From NCBI GenBank assembly GCA_947481575.1, contig CANKGV010000004.1, positions 5,487-69,486 of the forward strand: a stretch of DNA of 64,000 bases, given 5' to 3'. The stretch's first letter is position 1. Every line of letters begins with the position of its first letter. The position numbers and the translations under genes were made by a program. Positions 1 to 9,432 of the stretch are shown here, in pieces. The notes below the pieces were generated by a model. It had not been told where the DNA came from, searched no databases, and worked only from the letters and a program-made list of their open reading frames with translations. This DNA comes from Alphaproteobacteria bacterium (lineage in GTDB: Bacteria; Pseudomonadota; Alphaproteobacteria; UBA2966; CAIVPW01).

Positions 1-1
1 G

Positions 2-244
2 GCGCACTACCCGTTTTCCTGGCGCACGGTGCTGCGGCGCGAATACCCTGGCTTCAATGCGGTTGCGATCGCGTTCCTCGTTCTCGACGCCGTGAAACAG
101 GTGGCGATTGCCGGGACGGGGTGGGGCGAGTGGTTCCGGACCGATCAAGCCTACCTCTGGGTCGCTGGTATCTCGATGGCGGGCTACCTCGCCGTTCGTT
201 CCCTAAAAAAACACACCGACGCGCTCAAGGTCGCCGGCCGCTGA
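2..244 (+). CDS. hypothetical protein, C-terminal fragment (5' end outside the window); hydrophobic segments suggest a membrane protein
   Basis: Reading frame is open from the window edge and terminates at 244; no recognisable family motif. Confidence 0.3.
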   Translation, partial: AHYPFSWRTVLRREYPGFNAVAIAFLVLDAVKQVAIAGTGWGEWFRTDQAYLWVAGISMAGYLAVRSLKKHTDALKVAGR

Positions 245-314
245 CCGCTCGGCGTACCAAGTGCCGGGGCATCGCTGCCACCGGCACCTGGTCCGGCGCG
301 GGAGGCGCGGAGGT

Positions 315-680
315 CTAGCCGAGTATGCCCGCGTCGCCTGCGCGCTCAGGCCCTGGGAGCAAGGCGCCGAGCCGCAGATAGAACTGGAATCCCGGATAGA
401 CCAGCACCGGCGGCGGCGCCCAGTACACGGGCGGCAGCGGCGCGGGTACGTACAGCACCGGCGGGCGATATTCGCGGTCGTGGCCGCGGCGCTCTTCGCG
501 CGGCGGCGGGCCGTGGCGGTGGTCCCGCGGATCGGGCCGCCGCCAATCGGCAACCTGTTCGTGGACGGTCGTCGCCGCGGGGGCGAGGGCGCTGCTGGAG
601 CGCAGTGGCGTAGCAAGCGCCATCGAAGGTGCCGAAACCGTCAGCGCGAGTGCGGCGCCGACTAAAGCGAGACGCGCATT
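315..680 (-). CDS. small secreted Pro-rich hypothetical protein
   Basis: ATG at 680 gives the N-terminus MNARLALVGAALALTVSAPSMALA (signal-peptide-like) followed by a Pro/Arg-rich low-complexity tail; longer upstream extension in the ORF track is disfavoured. Confidence 0.35.
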   Translation of the reverse strand, partial: NARLALVGAALALTVSAPSMALATPLRSSSALAPAATTVHEQVADWRRPDPRDHRHGPPPREERRGHDREYRPPVLYVPAPLPPVYWAPPPVLVYPGFQFYLRLGALLPGPERAGDAGILG

Positions 681-757
681 CATGTTTGGTGTCCCTGAGC
701 AACTCCCCCGTACTTCGGATACGCTAGCACTGGTGCAAGTCGCTGTCTCACAGAAAC

Positions 758-1750
758 GTGAGCGATTGTGATAATGCGTTACCGCCCATGATTCCGCCGC
801 GGATTGCCTTGGCTTTCGCCCTTGGTCTGGGGCTGGCCTGCGGGTCGCTCGGGCCGGTTCAGGCCCAAGCGATTGGGCAGTGGGAGGAGCTTGCGATCGA
901 TGGTGTGGAAGCATTCCAGCTGGGCGACTACGACCTTGCTGCTGAGCGTTTCGGCCGCGCACTCGCGGCCGCCCGCGACTACGGGGCGACCGACCAGCGG
1001 ATCACCAACAGCCTGATCAACCTCGCGCGGACCTTTCGCGTGCAGCGCCGCCTCGCCGAGGCAGAGCCGCTCTACCGCGAGGTCATCGCCCGCCAGGAAG
1101 CGGCCTACGGCATCGACGACCCCGACCTGGCGTTGTCGCTCGAAGCACTGGGCGGCATCTATGCGGCCCAGGCGCAATGGGCGGCGGCGGAGCCGGTGCT
1201 GCGCCGCGCCCTGCGCATCTTGGAGCGCACGGTCGGCTCCGAGCACCCGTACACCGCCGTCGTGGTGGCGGACCTCGGCGACGTTGCGCTCGGCACGGAT
1301 CGCAATGTCGAGGCGGTGGGGCTCTTCGCCCGCGTGGTAGCGATCCGCACAAAGTACTACGGGGAGCACCACCGCTCGCTCGCGGCGCCGCTGACGCGGG
1401 AAGGCATCGCATTGCGCGCCCTCAAGCGGAACGACGACGCACGCGAAGTGTTTATCGAGGCCTGGGCGATCTGGCAGCACGAGTCGGCGTTGCCGGGCGA
1501 GGTTACGCTGACCCTGCGCAACCTGATCGAGGTCGAGCGCCAGACCGGCCACTATGAGGCCGCCGCGCAGCACGGGCGCGAACTCATCGCCCACCGTGCC
1601 GATGAGGTTGGGCCGGACACCCTCGAGTTTGCCGCGGAGCTCGATGACTTCGCGCGCACCCTGCAGCTCGCCGGCGATCCGTCCCAGGCCCAGGCGATGG
1701 CCGACTGGGCTGCCGCGATCCGCGCAGCCGGCGGGGTCCGCGGGCCGTGA
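758..1750 (+). CDS. tetratricopeptide-repeat (TPR) protein with N-terminal signal peptide
   Basis: Hydrophobic leader IALAFALGLGLACGS, then repeated TPR-like helical pairs (LAEAEPLYREVIA, AAAEPVLRRALRILE). Start may be an internal Met near 788. Confidence 0.55.
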   Translation: MSDCDNALPPMIPPRIALAFALGLGLACGSLGPVQAQAIGQWEELAIDGVEAFQLGDYDLAAERFGRALAAARDYGATDQRITNSLINLARTFRVQRRLAEAEPLYREVIARQEAAYGIDDPDLALSLEALGGIYAAQAQWAAAEPVLRRALRILERTVGSEHPYTAVVVADLGDVALGTDRNVEAVGLFARVVAIRTKYYGEHHRSLAAPLTREGIALRALKRNDDAREVFIEAWAIWQHESALPGEVTLTLRNLIEVERQTGHYEAAAQHGRELIAHRADEVGPDTLEFAAELDDFARTLQLAGDPSQAQAMADWAAAIRAAGGVRGP

Positions 1751-1815
1751 GGCGCCGGGGCACCTCGCGAACCGTTCAATTGGCAGCGCCGCGGCCATGG
1801 CATAGGCTTTGCGCG

Positions 1816-2463
1816 ATGGATACCCAAGTGGTTCGCCTGCCGTTCCTGCGCCTGCGCCGAATCGCTGCACTGGTGGTGCTGGGCACGGCGCTGGTTTTCG
1901 CTTCAGGCCCGCAGGGCGGGGCCAACGCGCAGAACAAGGCCAAGTTCGTAGCGGGCCAGATTCTGGTGGCTTCGGAAAAGATGACCGACCCGCGCTTCAC
2001 CAAAACCGTGGTGTTCGTGATCCGCCACGATCAACGAGGCGCGTTTGGCCTGATCGTCAACCGTCCGCTCGGCGATGCGCCGATCGATGCGATCCTGAAG
2101 GCCTACGCCGCCAGACCCACGGGCACCGACATTCAAGTGCAGGGCTACAACGGCGGGCCGGTCGAGCCCCAGCAGGTCAACGTGCTGCACACGCCGGACT
2201 ACCGCGGCACGGGCACCCAGCGCATCGGCATCGACGCCGCGCTGACGGATCCCAAAGTCGCCCTGCCGGCCATCGCCATCGGCAAAGGTCCGCGCCTGGC
2301 GATCGTTACGTTCGGGTATACCGGTTGGGGCGGCGGGCAACTTGAAGCGGAGATCACCGACGGGGCGTGGCAAGTGATCCCGCCCGACACCAAACTCTTG
2401 TTCGAAGTTCCGAACGAAGCGAAGTGGGAAACCGCGTACAGCCGCCGCGGCGTCGACCTCTAG
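1816..2463 (+). CDS. YqgE/AlgH family (UPF0301/DUF179) protein
   Basis: ATG at 1816 (MDTQVV); motifs AFGLIVNRPL and GYTGWGGGQLEAE typical of the YqgE/AlgH family. Confidence 0.7.
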   Translation: MDTQVVRLPFLRLRRIAALVVLGTALVFASGPQGGANAQNKAKFVAGQILVASEKMTDPRFTKTVVFVIRHDQRGAFGLIVNRPLGDAPIDAILKAYAARPTGTDIQVQGYNGGPVEPQQVNVLHTPDYRGTGTQRIGIDAALTDPKVALPAIAIGKGPRLAIVTFGYTGWGGGQLEAEITDGAWQVIPPDTKLLFEVPNEAKWETAYSRRGVDL

Positions 2464-2466
2464 CAC

Positions 2467-2706
2467 TCACTGGCGCGGGATAACGCCGCGGTCGTTCACC
2501 GTTGTGGGCACGGCAACCGGGCGTGGCTGCCACTGGCTGTAGACGAACGCCGGCACGGCCCCTAGCACCACCGCAAGCACCACCACGGCTTTCCAGTCGA
2601 GGTCGCTCAACCGGAGGCGCCGGTGCAGCATGCGGGACCGGCCGGTCACCAATACGGCGCCGACGAGTGCCGCCCCCACCAGCCAGACGATTGCCACTTC
2701 CGTCAT
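2467..2706 (-). CDS. small membrane protein (two predicted TM helices), unknown function
   Basis: 79 aa, high GC3 consistent with coding; starts 3 nt after the stop of the upstream 2709-3869 gene (operon). Confidence 0.45.
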   Translation of the reverse strand: MTEVAIVWLVGAALVGAVLVTGRSRMLHRRLRLSDLDWKAVVVLAVVLGAVPAFVYSQWQPRPVAVPTTVNDRGVIPRQ

Positions 2707-2708
2707 TA

Positions 2709-3869
2709 TCAGCCGCCCGGATTGAGTTCGGCCAGCACGGCGCGGGCGATCGTCAGCGCTTGGGCGCGCGGGGTGCCCGGCGCCAGGCGCGGGTCGTAGA
2801 GAACGCGGATCAGCGCCTTGTCGACGATCGACAGGCTGGTGAGCTTCATGCCGTCGTTGAACAATGACGGCGCCACTCGGTAGTCGTCGTTGGGCAGCCC
2901 GAGACTCTGGGTAAGCTCTTCCAACAGGCAGTGGGTCAACTCCTGGTCGTCGAGATCGGCGTTAGCGATCACGCGCCCCCGCAGCATTTGTCCGCTCAAC
3001 GGGTCGGCGTATGTCAGGAAGAAACAGTTCGCGTCCTTGATCTGGTCGATGTCATGGGGATTGTCAGCGAGGTACTTGCGCGCGTCATCGAGGAGATGCG
3101 CGGTGTCGGAGAACATGATGATGTAGTTCGCTCCTGCGCCGTCACCCTTCACCCGCTCGAACTTCACCTGACTGAACTTGGTCAGTTCCTCCGTATCGAC
3201 TTGAATCTGCGCCAGAAAACGGTCGGCGACCGCCTGGCTGTGAGGGTCGCGACTGATGACGCGGTAGCGGATTGGCACCGTCCACTTGCGCACGATCGGC
3301 GCAGCGAGGCCTTTGATTTCGCTGCCGAACACGATGGTTTCGAAGAATGTCGCGTACAGATCATTTGTGCCCTTCGGAGACACTAGGTCAGTCGTCGCAC
3401 CTGCCAGATTGATCCCGCACGCGTCGACGATCCGCTTGGCGATAGATCCCCCGCCGTCCAGGGAGAAGAGAGCAGTGACAGTTCCCTGGCGAGTTGTCGC
3501 GACCCGAGCCGTTAGAACGTTGGTCGTGCCAAACGCCCGAAGAATCGCGAGCGCATCAGGAAAAAGCGTTGCCGTATCGTCGTTAATGTGAGCGGCGACA
3601 AGTGCGACCGCTGGCGTTGCATCGGACTGGAGGGTGACTTGCGACGGGTTGGCCGCGAGCTTCTCGCCCCAGGCGACATAGACATACGGACGGGTTCCAT
3701 CGCACCCGGCGACGAGTTGATATGGTCCTTGGGCGCCACCGCCGGCCTTAGCGGGCAACCGTGCCTCAACTGTTTCGGCCTGAGTCACTCTCGCGGGAGC
3801 AGTCGCAAGGCCTAGCCCAAGGCCCACCGAAGCTGCCAGCGCCACGACATGGATCGCATGGCGAATCAT
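2709..3869 (-). CDS. secreted two-domain hypothetical protein, C-terminal half DUF2927-like (putative zincin-like lipoprotein fold)
   Basis: Probable start MIRHAIHVVALAASVGLGLGLATAPA (signal peptide) at 3869; the ORF is open to 4019 but that N-extension is not signal-like; C-terminal motif ELTHCLLEELTQSLGLPND. Confidence 0.45.
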   Translation of the reverse strand: MIRHAIHVVALAASVGLGLGLATAPARVTQAETVEARLPAKAGGGAQGPYQLVAGCDGTRPYVYVAWGEKLAANPSQVTLQSDATPAVALVAAHINDDTATLFPDALAILRAFGTTNVLTARVATTRQGTVTALFSLDGGGSIAKRIVDACGINLAGATTDLVSPKGTNDLYATFFETIVFGSEIKGLAAPIVRKWTVPIRYRVISRDPHSQAVADRFLAQIQVDTEELTKFSQVKFERVKGDGAGANYIIMFSDTAHLLDDARKYLADNPHDIDQIKDANCFFLTYADPLSGQMLRGRVIANADLDDQELTHCLLEELTQSLGLPNDDYRVAPSLFNDGMKLTSLSIVDKALIRVLYDPRLAPGTPRAQALTIARAVLAELNPGG

Positions 3870-4011
3870 GACGAGAAGGGTACCGCCCGAAGGCTTGTCA
3901 GTGCTAGCTCGGATTGCGCGGGCAATGTCCTCGAACCTCCACTGGAAGCGTTCGCCTTCCTCAGGCCCGAGCAGCTGCCACCGTGACACTGGGAGTTGGC
4001 GACCCAGGACA

Positions 4012-4049
4012 ACGTACAATACGATTAGTATGATGTCAACATGTAACGT
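4012..4049. promoter_or_regulatory. AT-rich imperfect inverted repeat ACGTACAAT-N20-ATGTAACGT in the divergent region between the 2709-3869 gene and modA
   Basis: Conspicuously AT-rich island in a 68% GC background. Confidence 0.25.
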
Positions 4050-4163
4050 TGGCGGCCGCCCATCTGCCGATCGCTATCTTTGACGCGATACGACGTGGGC
4101 GCTAGCCTGTGGCGCTATATCCGGTCGTGCAGCACGCTCGGGCCATACAAGGGAGACGATGCG

Positions 4164-4928
4164 ATGTCGGGCTGGTCACGGATTGCGGCGGTGGCGTTGG
4201 CCACCGTGGTGGGTGGTGGGGCCCTTGCGGCCCGGCCGGCGCTGGCGGTGGACGTGCCGGTCGCGGTCGCGGCGAATTTCACCGATGCTGCCACTGCAAT
4301 CGGCAAGGCGTTCGAAGCCAAGACCGGCAACAAAGCGGTATTCAGCTTCGGCGCGACCGGTGCGCTGTACACCCAGATCACCCAGGGTGCGCCGTTCCAG
4401 GTGTTCCTGTCGGCGGACCAGGCGACCGCCAAGAAGGCGGTGGACGAGGGCAACGCGGTTGCCGGTTCGCAGTTCACCTACGTGGTTGGCAAGATCGTGC
4501 TCTACAGCAAGAACACCGCGCTGGTGAAAGGCGCCGATACACTGAAGACCGCCACCTTCCAAAAGGTCGCCATCGCCAACCCGGCCGCCGCGCCCTATGG
4601 CGCCGCAGCGGTGGAGGCAATGAAGGCCCTCGGTGTTTACGACGCGGTCCAGCCGAAGCTGGTGCTGGGCGACAACATCACCCAGACCTACCAGTTCATC
4701 GACACTGGCAACGCGGAGCTCGGCTTTGTCGCGCTGTCGCAGGTGGTCACAGTCACCGGTGGCTCGCGGTGGCTCGTGGACGACAAGCTCTACACGCCGA
4801 TCAAGCAGGATGCGGTGATCACCAAGGCGGGCGCTAACGCAGCCGCCGCCAAAGCGTTCGTCGATTTCCTCAAGGGCCCGGAAGCCGCTGCGGTGATCGA
4901 GAAGTTCGGTTACGGTAAGGGGAACTAG
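4164..4928 (+). CDS. modA: molybdate ABC transporter substrate-binding protein ModA
   Basis: ATG at 4164 preceded by GGGAGA; signal peptide; ModA-like sequence (AANFTDA, FSFGATGALYTQI, ANPAAAPYG). Confidence 0.85.
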   Translation: MSGWSRIAAVALATVVGGGALAARPALAVDVPVAVAANFTDAATAIGKAFEAKTGNKAVFSFGATGALYTQITQGAPFQVFLSADQATAKKAVDEGNAVAGSQFTYVVGKIVLYSKNTALVKGADTLKTATFQKVAIANPAAAPYGAAAVEAMKALGVYDAVQPKLVLGDNITQTYQFIDTGNAELGFVALSQVVTVTGGSRWLVDDKLYTPIKQDAVITKAGANAAAAKAFVDFLKGPEAAAVIEKFGYGKGN

Positions 4929-4949
4929 GCTTCGCCAATCAGGGTCGAC

Positions 4950-5633
4950 GTGCCGCATTGGGTTGATCTTTGGCCGCCGATCCGGTTGACGCTCGAACTG
5001 GCGTCGCTCACCACCATCCTGCTGATGGTCGTGGGCACGCCGATCGCGTGGTGGCTCGCGCGTTCTAAGGCCCGCTGGAAGGAGGCGGTGGCCGCGGTCG
5101 TGGCGTTGCCGCTGGTGCTGCCTCCCACGGTGCTCGGCTTCTACCTGCTGCTGTTCCTGGGCCCCCAGGGTCCGGGCGGCGAAGTGGCGTCGTGGTTCGG
5201 CCTGCGCACTTTCGCGTTTACGTTCTCCGGCCTCGTGTTCGGCTCGGTCCTATACTCCATGCCGTTTGTGGTGCAACCGATCCGCAATGCGTTCGCAGCG
5301 TTCGGCGACCGCCCGCTCGAAGTCGCCGCGACCCTGCGCGCCAGCCCGTGGGATACGTTCTGGTCCGTAGCGGTGCCGCTCGCCAGTCCGGGGTTCTTGA
5401 CCGGCGCGGTGCTTGGTTTCGCCCACACAGTCGGCGAGTTCGGCGTGGTGCTGATGATCGGCGGCAACATTCCGGGCCGCACCCGCACCCTGTCGGTGGC
5501 GATCTACGATTACGTCAACACCCTGCACTGGACCGAGGCCCACGTCATCGCCGCGGGCATGGTGGTGTTCTCGTTCACCGTGATCCTCGCGATGATGCTG
5601 CTGGAGAAGCGGATCGGGCGTTCCACCCGATGA
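4950..5633 (+). CDS. modB: molybdate ABC transporter permease ModB
   Basis: Five to six TM helices and the ABC permease EAA-like loop; synteny modA-modB-modC. Confidence 0.88.
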   Translation: MPHWVDLWPPIRLTLELASLTTILLMVVGTPIAWWLARSKARWKEAVAAVVALPLVLPPTVLGFYLLLFLGPQGPGGEVASWFGLRTFAFTFSGLVFGSVLYSMPFVVQPIRNAFAAFGDRPLEVAATLRASPWDTFWSVAVPLASPGFLTGAVLGFAHTVGEFGVVLMIGGNIPGRTRTLSVAIYDYVNTLHWTEAHVIAAGMVVFSFTVILAMMLLEKRIGRSTR

Positions 5634-6766
5634 GCGCCGACCCCGGCGCCATCGCCGCGCGCTACGCCGGTACCCTTGGCGGCTTCACGCTCGATGCCGC
5701 GTTCACGGTGCCGATGCACGGGATCACCGCGCTGTTCGGCGCTTCCGGCAGCGGCAAGACCACGATCCTGCGCGCCATCGCCGGGCTCCAACGACTGCCC
5801 GGCAGCCTGTCGGTCGGCGGCGAGGTCTGGCAGGACGATGCAGCGGGGGTGTTCCGGCGCCCGCACGAGCGCCCGGTCGGTTATGTGTTCCAGGAAGCGA
5901 GTTTGTTTCCGCACCTCTCGGTGCGGCGCAATTTGGTATTCGGCCGCGACCGTGCCGTTGCCGCCGGGGCGGCGGAGGACGTGCGCTTCGACGACGTGGT
6001 GGAATTCCTCGGTTTGGCCAAACTCCTGGATCGTGCGCCCGCGCGCCTATCGGGCGGTGAGCGTCAGCGCGTGGCAATCGGCCGGGCGCTGCTGGCCCAG
6101 CCCAAGCTGCTGCTGATGGATGAGCCGCTCGCCGCTCTGGATCTCGCCAGCAAGGAAGATATTCTGCCGTACTTGGAGACGCTGCATGAGCGGCTTCAGG
6201 TTCCGGCGCTCTACGTGAGCCACGATCTCGCCGAGGTGCAGCGCCTCGCGGACACTATCGTGCTGCTCGAACACGGCAAGGTTCTGGCCACCGGCCCGCT
6301 CGCCGATGTGCTGACCGACGTGAACTTGCCCAGCGCCCGCCGCCCCGACGCCTCCGCGGTGCTGGACGCCGAAGTGGGCGCGTACGACGAACGCTATGGC
6401 CTCACGGCGGTCACGGTCGACGGCGGCGCCTTGCTGGTGCCGGGCCGCATCGGCGAGCCTGGCGCTCACCGCCGTATCCGCATTGCCGCGGCCGACGTCA
6501 GTCTCGCCATCGAGCGGCCTTCCCGCACGACAATCACCAACGTGCTGCCGGCGCGCGTCGTCGAACTGCGGCCGATCGACGACGCTCAGATGAACGTTGT
6601 TCTGACATTGGGGGAGCGCGGCGAGGGGGCCCGGGTGCTGGCGCGCGTCACGCGCCGGTCGGTCGAACTGCTGGGCATCGCGACGGGGCAGGCCGTCTTT
6701 GCGCAGGTGAAGGCCGTGTCCATGATCCGCCGCAAGCGCACTGCGGTCAGTATCCGCAGGGGATAG
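5630..6766 (+). CDS. modC: molybdate ABC transporter ATP-binding protein ModC with C-terminal TOBE/Mop domain
   Basis: ATG overlaps the modB stop (ATGA); Walker [10 protein letters not shown], signature LSGGERQRV, Walker B LLLMDEPL. Confidence 0.9.
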   Translation: MSADPGAIAARYAGTLGGFTLDAAFTVPMHGITALFGASGSGKTTILRAIAGLQRLPGSLSVGGEVWQDDAAGVFRRPHERPVGYVFQEASLFPHLSVRRNLVFGRDRAVAAGAAEDVRFDDVVEFLGLAKLLDRAPARLSGGERQRVAIGRALLAQPKLLLMDEPLAALDLASKEDILPYLETLHERLQVPALYVSHDLAEVQRLADTIVLLEHGKVLATGPLADVLTDVNLPSARRPDASAVLDAEVGAYDERYGLTAVTVDGGALLVPGRIGEPGAHRRIRIAAADVSLAIERPSRTTITNVLPARVVELRPIDDAQMNVVLTLGERGEGARVLARVTRRSVELLGIATGQAVFAQVKAVSMIRRKRTAVSIRRG

Positions 6767-6794
6767 CGAAGGCGCCGCAGGCTTGCGTCTTGGT

Positions 6795-7268
6795 CTAGTG
6801 GTTCGACTTGCCGTACATCGCGGCGGGGTCGATCTCCGGTTCCGTGGTCACGACGAGCTTGCCGTCCCGCACCATGTTGAACCAGCAACTCATACGGCCG
6901 GTGTGGCAGGCCACGCCCTTTTGGCGCACCACCAGCAACAGCGCGTCGCCGTCGCAGTCGAGGCGGATCTCCACGACCTTTTGGGTGTGGCCGGATGATT
7001 CGCCCTTGTGCCACTGGAAACCGCGCGAGCGGGAAAAGTAGTGCGCTTCGCCGGTGGACAGCGTGCGGGCGATGGCGGCCTTGTTCATCCAACCCAGCAT
7101 CAGCACCTGGCCCGAGTCGAACTGCTGCACCACCGCGGGCACCAGACCATGCTCGTCGAACTTGATGGCGTTGAGCAGCGACGAGCCCGGTTCAGGCGCC
7201 GTATGGACCGGGGTTGAGGAATCCGCGCTCGCCATTACCGTATTCTCCACAAAGGCCTGCACCCGCAA
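6795..7268 (-). CDS. hisI: phosphoribosyl-AMP cyclohydrolase HisI
   Basis: GLVPAVVQQ, VLMLGWMN, HYFSRSRG, WHKGESSG, CDGDALLL motifs match HisI; start may be the internal Met at 7235. Confidence 0.85.
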   Translation of the reverse strand: MRVQAFVENTVMASADSSTPVHTAPEPGSSLLNAIKFDEHGLVPAVVQQFDSGQVLMLGWMNKAAIARTLSTGEAHYFSRSRGFQWHKGESSGHTQKVVEIRLDCDGDALLLVVRQKGVACHTGRMSCWFNMVRDGKLVVTTEPEIDPAAMYGKSNH

Positions 7269-7278
7269 ATTTTGCGGG
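7262..7278. promoter_or_regulatory. 17-nt near-perfect palindrome CCCGCAAATTTTGCGGG in the hisI/zur divergent region (candidate Zur or other operator)
   Basis: Directly seen; AT-rich core in GC arms, 41 nt upstream of the zur ATG. Confidence 0.3.
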
Positions 7279-7318
7279 TTGGTATAAGATACCTGGGTTC
7301 CAAAGGACAGGACGACGA

Positions 7319-7834
7319 ATGGCGCAACCGCGCAAGTCTGCCGTTAGAACCACCCGGGGCCCCGAGCACGACCACGCCCGCTGCGCGAGCGACGCGCTCG
7401 CCCGGGCCGAACAGGTATGCCAGGAGCGCAACGTGCGGCTCACGCCGATCCGGCGCCGGGTGCTGGAGCTGATCTGGCGCAGCCATGCGCCGGTGGGGGC
7501 CTACGAGCTGCTCGAGCACCTGCGCGAGAACGGCCGCCGGGCGGCGCCGCCGACGGTGTACCGCGCACTCGAGTTCCTCCGTGACAACGGTCTGATCCAC
7601 CGCATCGAGTCGCGCAATGCGTTTGCCGGTTGCGAGCATCCCAATGCGCCGCACACCGCGCAGTACTTGTTGTGCGACGAATGCGGTGACGCGATCGAGT
7701 TGGAGATTGCCGGACTCGCCCGCCGCATCGAAACGCGCGCGGCGGAGATGGGGTTTCAGGTCGCCCGCCAAACTGTCGAAGCCAACGGTCTGTGCCGGCG
7801 CTGCCGGCCCGACTCGTCAACCCACGCCCGCTGA
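7319..7834 (+). CDS. zur: Fur-family zinc uptake regulator Zur
   Basis: ATG at 7319; Fur-family fold with C-x2-C motifs (CDECGD, CRRC); immediately upstream of znuC with a 1-nt gap. Confidence 0.8.
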   Translation: MAQPRKSAVRTTRGPEHDHARCASDALARAEQVCQERNVRLTPIRRRVLELIWRSHAPVGAYELLEHLRENGRRAAPPTVYRALEFLRDNGLIHRIESRNAFAGCEHPNAPHTAQYLLCDECGDAIELEIAGLARRIETRAAEMGFQVARQTVEANGLCRRCRPDSSTHAR

Positions 7835-7835
7835 C

Positions 7836-8633
7836 ATGCCCAACGCCGCGCCCATGCCCCTGATCGAGGGGGTGGGCCTTACCGTCATTCGCAACGGCGA
7901 GCCGGTGCTCGACCGCGTCGATATCGCTATGGCCAGCGGCGAAACGGTCACCATCGTCGGCCCCAACGGCGCCGGCAAAACGACGCTACTGCGTGTGCTG
8001 ATGGGCCTGATGCGTCCGCACTCCGGTACCGTTACGCGCCGCCCCGGCCTGCGGATCGGCTACCTGCCGCAACAAGTCCCGATCGACCCGGCGCTGCCGC
8101 TCACCGTGCGGCGCCTGCTCAGTTTGCGGATCGACGCCACCAACGAGGCGCGCTTGCAGCGGCTGGCGGAGGTAGGCGCCCGCGACTTGGTCGACCGTTC
8201 TGTGCACACCCTGTCGGGGGGTGAGTTGCGCCGCGTGCTGCTGGCGCGGGCGCTGCTGCGGGAACCCGATCTGTTGGTCTTGGATGAGCCGGTGCAGGGC
8301 GTCGACATCACCGGCCAGGCGGAGCTGTATGGCTTGATCGCTCAAGTGGCGCGCGCCCGCACGCTGGGTGTGTTGATGGTGTCCCACGAGTTGCATTTCG
8401 TGATGGCCACCACCGATCGCGTGCTGTGCCTGAACCACCACGTGTGCTGCGCCGGGGCGCCGGAATCGGTGCGCGCCCATCCCGAGTATCTGGCGCTGTT
8501 CGGCGGGGAAGCTGCGGGCGTTGCGGTCTATCACCACCACCACGATCACAAACACGGCGCGTCCGGCGAGGTGCTGCCGCTACCGCACACCCACACCGAG
8601 CCCCACAACCCCAACGACCACCACCATGGGTGA
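7836..8633 (+). CDS. znuC: zinc ABC transporter ATP-binding protein ZnuC with His-rich C-terminal tail
   Basis: Walker A GPNGAGKTT, signature LSGGELRRV, Walker B LLVLDEP; tail YHHHHDHKHG...HTHTEPHNPNDHHHG. Confidence 0.88.
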   Translation: MPNAAPMPLIEGVGLTVIRNGEPVLDRVDIAMASGETVTIVGPNGAGKTTLLRVLMGLMRPHSGTVTRRPGLRIGYLPQQVPIDPALPLTVRRLLSLRIDATNEARLQRLAEVGARDLVDRSVHTLSGGELRRVLLARALLREPDLLVLDEPVQGVDITGQAELYGLIAQVARARTLGVLMVSHELHFVMATTDRVLCLNHHVCCAGAPESVRAHPEYLALFGGEAAGVAVYHHHHDHKHGASGEVLPLPHTHTEPHNPNDHHHG

Positions 8634-9432
8634 TTTCATCCTGCGCGCCGCCCTCGGCGGCATCGGCGTGGCCCTCGTGTCGGGCCCGGTGGGCAGCTTC
8701 ATCGTGTGGCGGCGCATGGTGGTGTTCGGCTCGGCGCTGTCCCATTCGGCGCTGCTCGGCGTTGCGCTCGGCATCGTGTGGAACATCGGCATTGCGCCGG
8801 CCGCCATCGCCGTATGCGCTGCGGTGGCCGTGATCTACCTCGCGCTGTCGCGCGACCGGCGCGTAGCGGACGATGCGGTGCTCGGCATTGTCGCTCACGC
8901 CGCGTTGGCCCTCGGCCTGATGGTGGTGGCCTACGTCGAAACCGTGCGGGCCGATCTGCTCAGCTTCTTGTTCGGCGACGTACTTGCGGTTTCGGTCGCC
9001 GATCTCGCGTGGATCTGGGGCGGCGGCCTCGCCGTGCTCGCCGTGCTGGCGGTGATCTGGCGGCCGCTGCTGGCCATGACAGTGCACGAGGAGCTGGCCG
9101 CGGTCGAAGGCGTGCCGGTCGCCGTGGTGCGGCTGGTGTTCATGCTGGCGGTATCGGTGGTGACGGGCGTCGCGCTCAAGATTGTCGGCGCGCTGCTAAT
9201 CATTTCGTTGCTCATCATCCCGGCCGCCACGGCGCGCCGGTTCACCACCACGCCGGAGTCGATGGCGCTGGTCGCCTCGCTGGTCGGCGTGGTTGCCGTG
9301 CTGGGGGGACTGCAGGCTTCGATCTGGTGGGATGCGCCGGCGGGGCCGGCGATCGTGCTGGTGGCGACGGTACTGTTTCTGCTCAGCGTCGCGGTTGCGC
9401 CGTTGCTGGCGCACCGGCAAGGGCGCCGGTGA
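8626..9432 (+). CDS. znuB: zinc ABC transporter permease ZnuB
   Basis: ATG overlaps the znuC stop; multi-TM ABC-3 family permease. Confidence 0.85.
   Translation: MGDFILRAALGGIGVALVSGPVGSFIVWRRMVVFGSALSHSALLGVALGIVWNIGIAPAAIAVCAAVAVIYLALSRDRRVADDAVLGIVAHAALALGLMVVAYVETVRADLLSFLFGDVLAVSVADLAWIWGGGLAVLAVLAVIWRPLLAMTVHEELAAVEGVPVAVVRLVFMLAVSVVTGVALKIVGALLIISLLIIPAATARRFTTTPESMALVASLVGVVAVLGGLQASIWWDAPAGPAIVLVATVLFLLSVAVAPLLAHRQGRR

Noticed and set aside
4113-4120. Mo-box-like half site CGCTATAT upstream of modA
   Set aside because: Only the left half of the ModE consensus (CGCTATATA-N-TATATAACG) is present and no modE is in the window; kept only as a weak note
6781-6800. tRNA D-arm-like string TGGTCTAGTGGTTCGAC
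   Set aside because: Lies inside the hisI 3' end; no acceptor stem or T-loop (GGTTCGAATCC-type) partner; no tRNA gene is evident anywhere in the window
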